Source of the DNA: Hyphomicrobiaceae bacterium
GTDB taxonomy: Bacteria > Pseudomonadota > Alphaproteobacteria > Rhizobiales > Hyphomicrobiaceae
Length of the DNA: 64,000 nt
Direction: 5' to 3'
Assembly (NCBI GenBank): GCA_025359185.1
Contig: JANYHF010000106.1
Span: 4,795 to 68,794, forward strand
Shown: piece by piece, positions 56,175 to 64,000 of the stretch
Layout of the letters: every line of letters begins with the position of its first letter
Numbering within the stretch: position 1 is the first letter of the stretch
The notes under the pieces: model-generated
Databases searched by the model: none
Seen by the model: the letters and a program-made list of their open reading frames with translations, nothing else
Told to the model about the DNA's origin: nothing
Program-made: the position numbers and the translations under genes

Positions 56175-56446
56175 CTGTGATTGGCGCGGCAGACCTGGAA
56201 GCGGTGCCACCAGTAGGGATTGCCGGTCTCCTCGGCTCGAACGCGCAGCCCAAAGCAGGGGCCGGGATGCCGGAACACGTCGCGCGGGCCATAATAGAAC
56301 TGTGGCCCAAAGAACAAGTGGCCATGGAAGTTGCGGTGATGGCCCTCGTGGAAGATAAAGTAGGGGCCAGCCACTGCGGTAGCCGGCAGGCCAACTGTTG
56401 ACAGTCCAATGGCCAACGCCATTGCGGTTGCGAACGTCTTGATCAT
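56168..56446 (-). CDS. small secreted His/aromatic-rich protein
   Basis: GAGGAG lies 7 nt before the ATG. Signal peptide MIKTFATAMALAIGLSTVGLPATAVA. The mature ~66 aa are rich in H, F, Y, W and P, with 2 Cys. Its 3' end overlaps the convergent ATP-grasp gene by 7 nt. Confidence 0.6.
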   Translation of the reverse strand: MIKTFATAMALAIGLSTVGLPATAVAGPYFIFHEGHHRNFHGHLFFGPQFYYGPRDVFRHPGPCFGLRVRAEETGNPYWWHRFQVCRANHSY

Positions 56447-56659
56447 CGACTTTCTCCTCGATCAAACACCACATGAGCGCATACGGCCCGCGCGGGGCCA
56501 CAGGCTAGATTGTGCCAGTAATACTCAAAGCCGTTAGTGCCGGCCAGTAGTATTGGTGAGGCGCTCATAAGATGTCGTAGAGGATTGATGTCGCAGGATA
56601 CCGGCCAAATTCTTACAGTTGTGTAAGCCCTTGCGCGCTCAGACGGATGGGGCGCAAAC

Positions 56660-57157
56660 TCACACGGCCAAATGCGAAAACTCTTTCAGCACTTGCTCAT
56701 AGACGCCGCGTTTGAACGGCACGACGATGCCTAACAGTTCGCCCATCGGGGCCCAGCGCCAAGCGTCGAATTCGGCGGTATGGCCGGGCGGGGCGGAAAC
56801 ATTGATCTCGCCGTCATCGCCCGTAAAGCGCATGGCAAACCAGAGCTGCGTCTGGCCCCGGTATTTGCCGCCCCAGGACGTGCCAATGAGGCGCGTGGGC
56901 AGATCGTAATTATGCCAGCGGCTGGCCTCACCGATGATCTCGGCAGAGCGCACGGTGGTTTCTTCGTAAAGTTCGCGTTTGGCGGCGGCGCGCGGGTCCT
57001 CGCCGGCGTCAATCCCGCCTTGCGGCATCTGCCACCAGGTACCGCTGCCCTCGTCATTGGGCTCATCGAAGCGGTGACCAACCCAGACATGACCGGCGGA
57101 ATTGAGCAGCATGATGCCGACGCAAGGCCGGTAGGGCAGCAAATGCGATGCGGTCAA
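56660..57157 (-). CDS. rppH: RNA pyrophosphohydrolase (Nudix)
   Basis: [39 protein letters not shown] (Nudix box), and WRW downstream. Conserved position after ctpA. Confidence 0.92.
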   Translation of the reverse strand: MTASHLLPYRPCVGIMLLNSAGHVWVGHRFDEPNDEGSGTWWQMPQGGIDAGEDPRAAAKRELYEETTVRSAEIIGEASRWHNYDLPTRLIGTSWGGKYRGQTQLWFAMRFTGDDGEINVSAPPGHTAEFDAWRWAPMGELLGIVVPFKRGVYEQVLKEFSHLAV

Positions 57158-57203
57158 AGTCTGGCTCCAATTAAAAGCAACGGCGTGCGCTCACTGCGGC
57201 TGG

Positions 57204-57554
57204 TCAATTTGGCAGGCTCAAATTGACGCCTTCGACGCCCGCGCCGGCGGGAGCGTTTGCAGCTGCTGTGGGGGCGGGTAAGGCGGCGGGGGCTGGCGCA
57301 GCGGCGGCCGGCGGAGTGGCGTCACTGGCGGCAGCTCCCAAATCCACCGTCAATCCCGTGGGGCTTTCGGTCTCGGAGGGTGCAGGCTGGATGGAGCGGA
57401 TGGCGGGCACCTGGAGTTTGGCCATGTCGGGCGGGGCGATCTTAACAACGAGCCTGGGTTCGCCCCCCATCGGATCCTGATGCACGGCAATATAGGTGAT
57501 CGCCGCCATCAGGATGAACGCAAGCGTCAGCGTTGTCACCGCTAACGCCCTCAT
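57204..57554 (-). CDS. hypothetical single-pass membrane protein with Ala/Pro-rich C-terminus
   Basis: ATG 57552-57554. MRALAVTTLTLAFILMAAITYIAV (TM), then a PPAAAAPAPAALPAPTAAANAPAGAG tail. No catalytic domain. Confidence 0.5.
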   Translation of the reverse strand: MRALAVTTLTLAFILMAAITYIAVHQDPMGGEPRLVVKIAPPDMAKLQVPAIRSIQPAPSETESPTGLTVDLGAAASDATPPAAAAPAPAALPAPTAAANAPAGAGVEGVNLSLPN

Positions 57555-57750
57555 GCGGCCGCTCCAGCCGGATGAGCCTCGCCACCGGCAGTTCCAAACC
57601 ACGCGCGCGTCAACGTCATCGCCTCTTACGCTCCACCCCAACACATCTTCTCAAAACAACGAACGCCGGATCTCCAGCGTTCGGTCTGTCATTAGCTCTC
57701 AGCGTATTGGCCGTGCCCGGTCCAGCAGTCTCGCACGGCGTCCCTTTGAA

Positions 57751-59109
57751 TCAGTTTGGAACCGGTGCTGCCGCCTTGCCGTCCAACGCACCGGCCGCAG
57801 GCTTGGGCGTATCGGTCGTGGCCTGTTCAACGCCGCGCAGCAGATTGAGTGCATAGATCAGCTGCTTGTCCTTGGCCTTATCCTCAGGAACATAGCCCGA
57901 CGAGCCCGAATCCTGAGCTGCGTTCTCGCCTGAGTTCTTCAGATGGCCACGCAGACTGGCTTCGCCGCGTGGCTTTTCCACATCCTTGATGTCCTGGGGC
58001 ACATCTTCCTCGACGCGGATATCAGGATCGATGCCCTTGGCCTGGATCGAGCGGTTGGCCGGGGTGTAGTAGCGCGCCGTAGTCAGACGCAACGCACCGT
58101 TTGACCCCAGCGGAATGATCGTCTGCACCGAGCCCTTACCGAACGACCGCGTACCAATGATCTGGGCCCGCTTATGGTCCTGCAACGCACCAGCAACGAT
58201 TTCCGACGCCGAAGCCGAGCCGCCGTTGACCAGCACGATCATCTTGGCGCCGTCTGTGATGTCGCCCGGATGAGCATTGGCGCGCTGGGTTTCCTCATCA
58301 TTGCGGCCGCGCGTAATGACGATGGCGCCCTTGTCGAGGAAGTCGTCGGAAATGGCGATCGCCTGATCCAGCAAACCGCCCGGATTGTTGCGCATATCGA
58401 GAATATAGCCCTTGAGCTTGGGCCCGATTTTCTTCTTCAGATCGGCGACGGCCTTTTTCAGGGCGTCATTGCTTTGTTCGTTGAAGGCAGTCAACCGGAC
58501 CACCGCCACATCGTCCTCGACGCTGGCCTTAACCGGATTGATCTTGATCACGTCGCGCGTCACTTTCAGATCGAACGGCTTATCCTTGCCCTTGCGCAGG
58601 ATGGTCAGGTTGATCGGCGCATTCACCGCACCGCGCATTTTATCGACGGCCTGCTCCAGCGTCAGGCCCTGCACCTGCTCGCCATCGAGAGCCGTGATGT
58701 AGTCGCCCGACAGCACACCGGCCTTGGCCGCAGGCGTGTCATCGATCGGGGAGACAACCTTGATCACGCCGTTCTCCATGGTGACCTCGATGCCGAGGCC
58801 GCCGAACTCGCCGCGCGTCTGCACCTGCATGTCGCGGAAGCTCTTGGCGTTCATGTACGACGAATGCGGATCAAGAGACGTCAGCATACCGTTGATGGCG
58901 GATTCGACCAGCGCGGCATCCTCAGGCTTATCGACATAGTCCGTGCGCACGCGCTCGAACACTTCGCCGAACAGGTCGAGTTGCTTGTAGAGCTCGGAAT
59001 TCGACGCCGAGGCGGGCTGCGATTTGGCAATGTTCAGGGCGGTTGTGCCTGCGGCCATGGCCGACAGAACGACAAAGGACCAGAACGCCACTTCGGACTT
59101 GCGCATCAT
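57751..59109 (-). CDS. ctpA: S41 family carboxyl-terminal processing peptidase
   Basis: PDZ region (GGLGIEVTMENGVIKVVSPIDDTPAAKAGV), catalytic GGSASASEIVAGALQD and TFGKGSVQT-like SFGKGSVQT. The ATG at 59107-59109 overlaps the stop of the upstream gene (ATGA). Confidence 0.92.
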   Translation of the reverse strand: MMRKSEVAFWSFVVLSAMAAGTTALNIAKSQPASASNSELYKQLDLFGEVFERVRTDYVDKPEDAALVESAINGMLTSLDPHSSYMNAKSFRDMQVQTRGEFGGLGIEVTMENGVIKVVSPIDDTPAAKAGVLSGDYITALDGEQVQGLTLEQAVDKMRGAVNAPINLTILRKGKDKPFDLKVTRDVIKINPVKASVEDDVAVVRLTAFNEQSNDALKKAVADLKKKIGPKLKGYILDMRNNPGGLLDQAIAISDDFLDKGAIVITRGRNDEETQRANAHPGDITDGAKMIVLVNGGSASASEIVAGALQDHKRAQIIGTRSFGKGSVQTIIPLGSNGALRLTTARYYTPANRSIQAKGIDPDIRVEEDVPQDIKDVEKPRGEASLRGHLKNSGENAAQDSGSSGYVPEDKAKDKQLIYALNLLRGVEQATTDTPKPAAGALDGKAAAPVPN

Positions 59110-60593
59110 CCTTGAACCTTCTCCGCGACGTTCGCCCACCAGGGGCTGGGGTTTATTGGTTTGTCTCTGCTGCGGAACTCAATATAGAGGATTGGTGCTC
59201 CCGCCGCTGCCACCGCAGAGGCTCCGGTACCCGCTCCCATTTTGCCCACGGGTTCCCCCGCGACAACAGATTGGCCCGCGACCGCATCGATCTGGCCGAG
59301 GCCCGCCAGGAGCACATGATAGCCCCCACCGGCATTGATGATCAAGATCTGTCCGAAAATACGGAAGTCACCCGCATAAACGATCAAACCGTCGCACGGT
59401 GACGTAATTTGGGCGTGCGACCGGGCGGCATACACCTCTCCCTTGGAACGGCCCACATTTTTGGCTGGATCACCAAACATCAAAATCCGTTTACCTTGCA
59501 CGGGCAACGGCAGTTTTCCGCGCGCTCGCTCGAAATTGCGGCCAGGAACCAAGGGCGGAAGAGCGGCACCTGAGGTCCGATCGGTGCTGGCGACCTGCGT
59601 TTTGGGCCCAGATGTCCGCGATTCGGGGAGTGTGACGACAGGCTGCGGATCGCCGGCAGCAACGGCCACTGGCTCTGGTTCCGGCTCCGACGGCGCTTGT
59701 AGCTCTTGCAATTGCTTATCGGCTTCGCCAAGTGTGCCCCGGAACGCCACGGCCCGGTCGGCCTTGCTGATCAGCTCGGACAGACTGGCGACGGTCTTGG
59801 CCTGCTCGCCCACCACATCGCGCAGCTGCGTAAGATCGCCGCTGCGGGCTGCCAATTCGATTTTTTTCTGCTGCTGGAGCGCGTCCAGCCGCTCCTGTTC
59901 ATCAACCAGCCGTTGCTTCTCGGTCAAGCGCTGAGCGTTCTTGGTCTTGATGCCCAGGATCGTGGCATCGAGTTCGGACATATCGGTTTGCAGCGCCAAG
60001 GCTTTGTCCTTTAGCTGCGGGACGACGGCGGCCAGCTGCATGGCGCTGCGCACCATCTTCAGCGCATCCTCGCGCTCCGTGGCCAGGATCGGCGGTGGAT
60101 TGCGGCCCATCCGCTGCAAGGCGCCGAGGAGTTTGGCGAGCTGCGACCGCTGCTGTTTGAAGGCCGCCAGTCTTATCGTCCGTCTGGCATTCAAATCAGC
60201 AAGCTGGCTTTCGGTATCGCTGAGCGCCGCTTCGCTCTCTTGCACCAACTTCGCCGTTTCAACCAGATGATCGGTCACCTGGCTGTGCTCGCGCTTCAAT
60301 TGCTCGATGCCGCTTTCCAGCAGTGCTTCTTCCTGGCGAGATTGATCGAGCGCCCGCTGCTGGGCTTCGAGCTTGTGCCGCGCTTCAGCAGTGGCGGCAT
60401 CACTGACGGTGGTGTTCCAGTCTGGTGCCGTCGCAGCGGGAGTGCCCGCAGTTTCGCCGTTGGACGAGTTCGTCACCGGGCCACCAAGTTGGAGCGGCGC
60501 GCCGGCCGACTGAGCATTGGCGCCGCTGGCACACAGACAAGCCGATCCAAGCGCAAAAATCGCTGCGACCAGCAGGTGATGGCCCTTTTGCAT
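59106..60593 (-). CDS. murein hydrolase activator EnvC-like protein (coiled coil + M23/LytM domain)
   Basis: Signal peptide, long Gln/Glu/Leu-rich coiled coils, and a C-terminal LytM-like domain (SPCDGLIVYAGDFRIFGQILIINAGGGYHVLLAGL..., GEPVGKMG, PILYIEFR). ATG 60591-60593. Confidence 0.85.
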   Translation of the reverse strand: MQKGHHLLVAAIFALGSACLCASGANAQSAGAPLQLGGPVTNSSNGETAGTPAATAPDWNTTVSDAATAEARHKLEAQQRALDQSRQEEALLESGIEQLKREHSQVTDHLVETAKLVQESEAALSDTESQLADLNARRTIRLAAFKQQRSQLAKLLGALQRMGRNPPPILATEREDALKMVRSAMQLAAVVPQLKDKALALQTDMSELDATILGIKTKNAQRLTEKQRLVDEQERLDALQQQKKIELAARSGDLTQLRDVVGEQAKTVASLSELISKADRAVAFRGTLGEADKQLQELQAPSEPEPEPVAVAAGDPQPVVTLPESRTSGPKTQVASTDRTSGAALPPLVPGRNFERARGKLPLPVQGKRILMFGDPAKNVGRSKGEVYAARSHAQITSPCDGLIVYAGDFRIFGQILIINAGGGYHVLLAGLGQIDAVAGQSVVAGEPVGKMGAGTGASAVAAAGAPILYIEFRSRDKPINPSPWWANVAEKVQG

Positions 60594-60712
60594 GGCGCCG
60601 GAACCCAAGTCCACATCCCCCTGGCACTGTCCCCGGGGCTGGGCCTACTGACGGCGCCAGCGCTCAGCTCCCACGGCTCTTGACCGCCAATTGCGGCGAA
60701 ACTTCCGCCCCC

Positions 60713-61195
60713 TCAATCGCGGTGATAGGGGTGGCCGCTCACAATCGTCACCGCCCGGTAGATCTGCTCCAGAAGAATGAGTCGCGCCAGCCCGTGCGGC
60801 AACGTCATGGGGCCGAAGGAGAGAACGCGGGCGGCACGTTGGCGGAGGGCCGGGCCGTGGCCGTCGGGGCCGCCAATGACGAAAGCAAGACGCGTGCAGC
60901 CGCCGTCACGCTGGCTTCGGATGAAATCGGCAAACTGGCGGCTGGTCAGGGCCTTGCCGGTTTCCTCAAGAGCCACCACGGTTTCAATTTTCACGAGCGC
61001 CGCGATAAGCCGCGCGGCCTCGTCACCTTTGCGCAGATCGGCCGCGGCGCCACGGCCTTCGGCAAGCTCTATCAGGCTCAGCGGGCCGAGCGACACACCC
61101 GGCCCGGCGGCGTCGATCCGCGCCGCGTAATGGGCCGCCAGATCACGCTCCGGCCCCTGCTTCAGACGGCCAACAGCAGCAACGATGAGCTGCAT
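60713..61195 (-). CDS. rlmH: 23S rRNA (pseudouridine1915-N3)-methyltransferase
   Basis: 160 aa. MQLIVAAVGRLK, FVIGGPDGH, LSFGPMTLPHGLARLILLEQIYRA..I..GHPYHR. Confidence 0.93.
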   Translation of the reverse strand: MQLIVAAVGRLKQGPERDLAAHYAARIDAAGPGVSLGPLSLIELAEGRGAAADLRKGDEAARLIAALVKIETVVALEETGKALTSRQFADFIRSQRDGGCTRLAFVIGGPDGHGPALRQRAARVLSFGPMTLPHGLARLILLEQIYRAVTIVSGHPYHRD

Positions 61196-61208
61196 CGGCC
61201 GTCAGCCT

Positions 61209-61628
61209 TCACGAATGCAGCTGCGAGATGTCCGGCACCCGCTCGGCCTGCCACATCTTTTCAAGCTTATAGAATTCGCGGATCTCGGGCTGGAACACAT
61301 GCACCATGACATCGCCTGCATCGACCAGAACCCACTCGCCCTGCGCCATACCCTCAACGCGAATGCGCTTGTGGCCGGCTTCTGTCAGCTTTTTCTGGAT
61401 CTGGTCGGCGACGGCCCCGACATGCCTTTGCGACCGCCCCGAAGCGATCACGATATGATCCCCGAGAGACGTCTTGTCGGCCACATCGATGGCGACGACG
61501 TTCTCTGCTTTGGCATCGTCCAGTGCCGTGAGCACCAGGGCGAGGAGAGCGGCCGAACTGGGTTGCGGTACAACCCGCTTGGCGACGGGCTTGCGCTTGG
61601 CAGGCCCGGTCAGAACATGAATGCTCAG
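61209..61628 (-). CDS. rsfS: ribosome silencing factor
   Basis: Core DDAKAENVVAIDV..., DHIVIASGRSQRHVGAVADQI, WVLVDAGDVMVHVFQPEIREFYKLEKMW. The frame is open upstream to a TAG at 61680-61682 with no ATG/GTG/TTG before the track's GTG (61535). I placed the start at CTG 61626-61628, which lies 7 nt after AAGGA. Start uncertain. Confidence 0.8.
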   Translation of the reverse strand: MSIHVLTGPAKRKPVAKRVVPQPSSAALLALVLTALDDAKAENVVAIDVADKTSLGDHIVIASGRSQRHVGAVADQIQKKLTEAGHKRIRVEGMAQGEWVLVDAGDVMVHVFQPEIREFYKLEKMWQAERVPDISQLHS

Positions 61629-61697
61629 CGTCTGTTCCTTTCCATGCGCACCGGCTTTTGGTAAAACACCTCTCCGGCGCTAGCTGCGAACAGGGAG

Positions 61698-61727
61698 AGT
61701 ATAGCGCGGGAATCATGAACATTTCAA
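61698..61727 (-). promoter_or_regulatory. candidate sigma70-type promoter for rsfS-rlmH
   Basis: On the minus strand: TTGAAA (61727-61722), an 18-nt spacer, then TATACT (61703-61698). It sits between the large nadD-proximal hairpin and the rsfS SD. Confidence 0.4.
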
Positions 61728-61755
61728 GAAATCAAAGGGAAGGGAGTGAAGGAAA

Positions 61756-61864
61756 CAGAGGGATTAGAGGGTAGGGATTAGGAGAAATTCGGAATTCGCC
61801 TCACCACCGGGGCCTTCGGCTCCAGCCGTCCCTAATCCCTAATCCCTACCCTCTAATCCCTCTG
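61756..61864. repeat. 27-bp perfect inverted repeat made of GGGATTA-type heptads (giant hairpin / probable terminator after nadD)
   Basis: CAGAGGGATTAGAGGGTAGGGATTAGG (61756-61782) and its exact reverse complement CCTAATCCCTACCCTCTAATCCCTCTG (61838-61864), with a 55-nt loop. On the minus (mRNA-sense) strand the stem starts 2 nt after the nadD stop and is followed by TTTCCTTCAC. Confidence 0.85.
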
Positions 61865-61865
61865 A

Positions 61866-62492
61866 CTACTTCCCTTTTTCCCTTTTCCGCAGCGCCGTTG
61901 ACGACAGGTTCGACAGTGGGATCGACAGAAAACTCCACGCCGGCCCCGTGTGCACCGCCAACCGCCGCGCCTTCCCCTCCGGCACCTGCGACGCTGCATA
62001 GCTCAGCGCCGCCCGCGACCCCAGCGCCTGGTAGCGCCAGTCCGGCCGGTCGAATACGGCAATTGGCATCAGCTGCATGATCCGGTGCCAATGCCGCCAG
62101 CGATGAAAACTGGCTAAATTGTCCGCCCCCATCAGCCAGACAAAATGGACGCCCTGCGTTCTGGCACTGAGAAACGCCAGTGTCTCGGCAGTGTAGGCGG
62201 TGCCCCGCTGCGCCTCGAACCCCGTCACCTCGATAAGAGGATGATGAGCGGCGGCGGCGGCCAGATGCAACCGCGTTTCCAGCGCCGCGAGGTCCGCATG
62301 GTCTTTCAGGGGATTGCCGGGCGACACCATCCACCAAACCCGATCGAGATCGAGTCGGGCGAGGGCTTCGAGGCTAATATGCCGGTGCCCCGCGTGGGCC
62401 GGATTGAACGAGCCGCCGAGCAGCCCAATGCGCATGCCGGGCGTGGTGGGAGGGAGCTTGATCCAGGGCGAGAGTACGCCTCGGCTGCTCAT
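61866..62492 (-). CDS. nadD: nicotinate-nucleotide adenylyltransferase
   Basis: [20 protein letters not shown] (the (H/T)xGH motif), [18 protein letters not shown]-like LSSTALRK. The ATG at 62490-62492 overlaps the proA stop (ATGA). Met at 62435 is an alternative start. Confidence 0.9.
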   Translation of the reverse strand: MSSRGVLSPWIKLPPTTPGMRIGLLGGSFNPAHAGHRHISLEALARLDLDRVWWMVSPGNPLKDHADLAALETRLHLAAAAAHHPLIEVTGFEAQRGTAYTAETLAFLSARTQGVHFVWLMGADNLASFHRWRHWHRIMQLMPIAVFDRPDWRYQALGSRAALSYAASQVPEGKARRLAVHTGPAWSFLSIPLSNLSSTALRKREKGK

Positions 62493-63757
62493 ACCGGCCG
62501 CACCTGGCCTGCGCCGCGCACCTGGTACTTAAACGTGGTGAGCTGCTCGACCCCGACCGGTCCGCGGGCATGGAACCGGCCGGTGGCGATGCCGATTTCC
62601 GCGCCCATGCCAAATTCGCCGCCATCGGCAAACTGCGTTGAAGCGTTGTGCAGGACGATGGCCGAGTCGACCTCGCGCAAGAACCGTTCGGCGGTAGCGG
62701 CATCGTCCGTGACAATGCAGTCCGTGTGCTGTGAGCCGTAGCGGGCGATGTGCGCCATGGCGCCATCGAGGCCATCGACGACGCGGGCAGCGATGATGGC
62801 GTCGAGAAATTCGTGGCCCCAGTCGGCATCCGTCGCGGGCTTGGCGCGGGCGTCGGCTGCAACCGAGGCCGAGTCGCCGCGCACTTCGCAACCGGCCTCG
62901 ATCAGTGAGCCGATGAGCGGCTTGAGGAACGTGTCGGCCACGGCGCGATCCACCAGCAGGCCCTCGGCTGCTCCGCAAACGCCTGTCCGCCGCAGCTTGG
63001 CGTTGACGACGAGGCGTTTGGCCATTTCGAGGTCAGCAGCCTTGTCGACATAGACGTGCACGATGCCTTCAAGGTGCGCGAACACGGGCACTCGCGCCTC
63101 TTTCTGCACGCGCTCGACCAGCGAGCGCCCGCCCCGCGGAATGATGACATCGATGGCACCGTCGAGCCCCGACAGCATCAGGCCGACGGCTTGGCGGTCG
63201 CCGGTGGGCACGAGTTGGATCGCAGCTTTGGGCAGCTCGGCGGCGGCGAGCCCTGCTTGCAGGCAACGGTGGATGGCGGCGGCCGAGTTCATGCTCTCGG
63301 ACCCCGCGCGCAGAATGACGGCGTTGCCCGACTTGAGGCACAACGCACCTGCGTCGGCCGTGACGTTGGGGCGGCTCTCGAAAATCATGCCGATGACGCC
63401 CAGCGGCACCCGCACGCGCGAGATGGCTAGGCCGTTGGGGCGGGTCCAAGTGGCGGTGGTGGCGCCGACGGGATCGGGCAGGGCCGCGACGGCTTCGACG
63501 CCGGCGGCCATCGCCTCGATGCGGGCCGGCGTCAGCGTCAGCCGGTCGATGAAGCTGCCCGGCCGGCCGGCAGCACGCGCGGCCTCGAGGTCGCGGGCGT
63601 TGGCCGCAAGAATGACCGCAGCGCCGTCGCGGATCGCGGCAGCTGCCGCGCGGAGGGCGTCGGCTTTGGCGGCCGGCGCCGCGAGCGCAAGGGTACGGGC
63701 AGCGGCGCGGGCGGCGGTGCCGATGGCGGCCATGGTGGCGGGGGTGGTGGTGGTCAT
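62489..63757 (-). CDS. proA: glutamate-5-semialdehyde dehydrogenase
   Basis: [17 protein letters not shown], catalytic Cys region [43 protein letters not shown] 63755-63757; the track uses the adjacent GTG at 63760. Confidence 0.95.
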   Translation of the reverse strand: MTTTTPATMAAIGTAARAAARTLALAAPAAKADALRAAAAAIRDGAAVILAANARDLEAARAAGRPGSFIDRLTLTPARIEAMAAGVEAVAALPDPVGATTATWTRPNGLAISRVRVPLGVIGMIFESRPNVTADAGALCLKSGNAVILRAGSESMNSAAAIHRCLQAGLAAAELPKAAIQLVPTGDRQAVGLMLSGLDGAIDVIIPRGGRSLVERVQKEARVPVFAHLEGIVHVYVDKAADLEMAKRLVVNAKLRRTGVCGAAEGLLVDRAVADTFLKPLIGSLIEAGCEVRGDSASVAADARAKPATDADWGHEFLDAIIAARVVDGLDGAMAHIARYGSQHTDCIVTDDAATAERFLREVDSAIVLHNASTQFADGGEFGMGAEIGIATGRFHARGPVGVEQLTTFKYQVRGAGQVRPV

Positions 63758-64000
63758 CACGTTCGATCAGTGTGTCGCATCAGGCGACTAGAGCTACGCC
63801 GGACCGGCGCGAGCGGCAAGGGCGTCGGGCGGCGGATACTGCGTGATCGCCGCTATGGGCCAGGAGTGGACTTAGCGGTGCAGCGCGGAGTGCACCGCAA
63901 AAACCTACGCCCGTTCGCGAGCGGCCGTCACCATCGCGCAGCCGATAGGGTATAGGCAATCGTCAAACACGGTCGTTATCCCCAGGGTTGCGTGGACGCA

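Noticed and set aside
55239-56446. ATP-grasp ligase plus small peptide as a graspetide/microviridin-type RiPP cluster
   Set aside because: The small protein is on the opposite strand and convergent, and it carries a Sec signal peptide rather than a leader with a conserved recognition motif. It also lacks the Thr/Ser-Asp/Glu core pattern. There is no transporter or protease.
61756-61864. Telomere-like (TTAGGG-containing) repeats as evidence of a linear replicon end or eukaryotic contamination
   Set aside because: There are only a few heptads, arranged as a perfect inverted repeat inside a conserved bacterial operon junction (nadD/rsfS). That is inconsistent with a telomere or a contaminant.
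63905-64000. Open minus-strand frame at the right edge, ending in TAG at 63905-63907 (…VHATLGITTVFDDCLYPIGCAMVTAARERA), in the position where proB would be expected upstream of proA
   Set aside because: Only 32 codons are visible, and they do not resemble the ProB PUA-domain C-terminus as I remember it. That is too little to call. The nearby palindrome GCGGTGCA-GCGCGGAG-TGCACCGC (63877-63900) has its T run on the wrong side for a canonical terminator.

Overview
GC-rich chromosomal segment (roughly 60-65% GC by eye, not computed). Gene content and order look alphaproteobacterial, Hyphomicrobiales/Rhizobiales-like. Most of the window is conserved housekeeping synteny. On the minus strand: aat-accC-accB-aroQ-dsbA-like-M48 protease-rne, and proA-nadD-rsfS-rlmH-envC-like-ctpA-rppH. 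On the plus strand: amiC-mrcA, nagZ-scpA-scpB-tatABC-serS, and rnpB (RNase P RNA). Several less conserved patches interrupt this:
(i) 15.4-21.8 kb: a YARHG protein plus a five-gene PotFGHI-like ABC importer + amidohydrolase operon. It is divergent from a 977-aa protein that fuses an unassignable N-terminal ~640 aa to an M28 zinc-peptidase domain.
(ii) 24.8-29.8 kb: an extensin-like protein, a TadG-like vWA protein, two divergent hypotheticals and two tandem paralogous secreted 4-Cys proteins.
(iii) 30.7-36.1 kb: an ATP-grasp-like protein with a divergent GST, and an orphan soluble histidine kinase that looks co-transcribed with a HerA/DUF87-like ATPase carrying a ~186-aa Gln/Pro/Ala-rich tail.
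(iv) 50.3-56.4 kb: an orphan RTX protein, a Uma2 endonuclease, an acyltransferase, an ATP-grasp protein and a small His/aromatic-rich secreted protein.
The intergenic DNA holds at least three families of palindromic REP/MITE-like repeats. It also holds a relic of an ABC ATPase gene, three phased 8-bp motifs at 21-bp spacing, and a 27-bp perfect inverted repeat built from telomere-like GGGATTA heptads between nadD and rsfS. rsfS itself appears to lack a canonical start codon. I saw no rRNA, tRNA, CRISPR array, transposase, integrase or prophage genes. My best candidates for something undescribed are the kinase + HerA-like ATPase module, the M28-fusion/ABC/amidohydrolase locus and the tandem 4-Cys paralog cluster. 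None can be assigned a function from sequence alone. All calls rest on reading the ORF translations and the DNA by eye; no searches were run.
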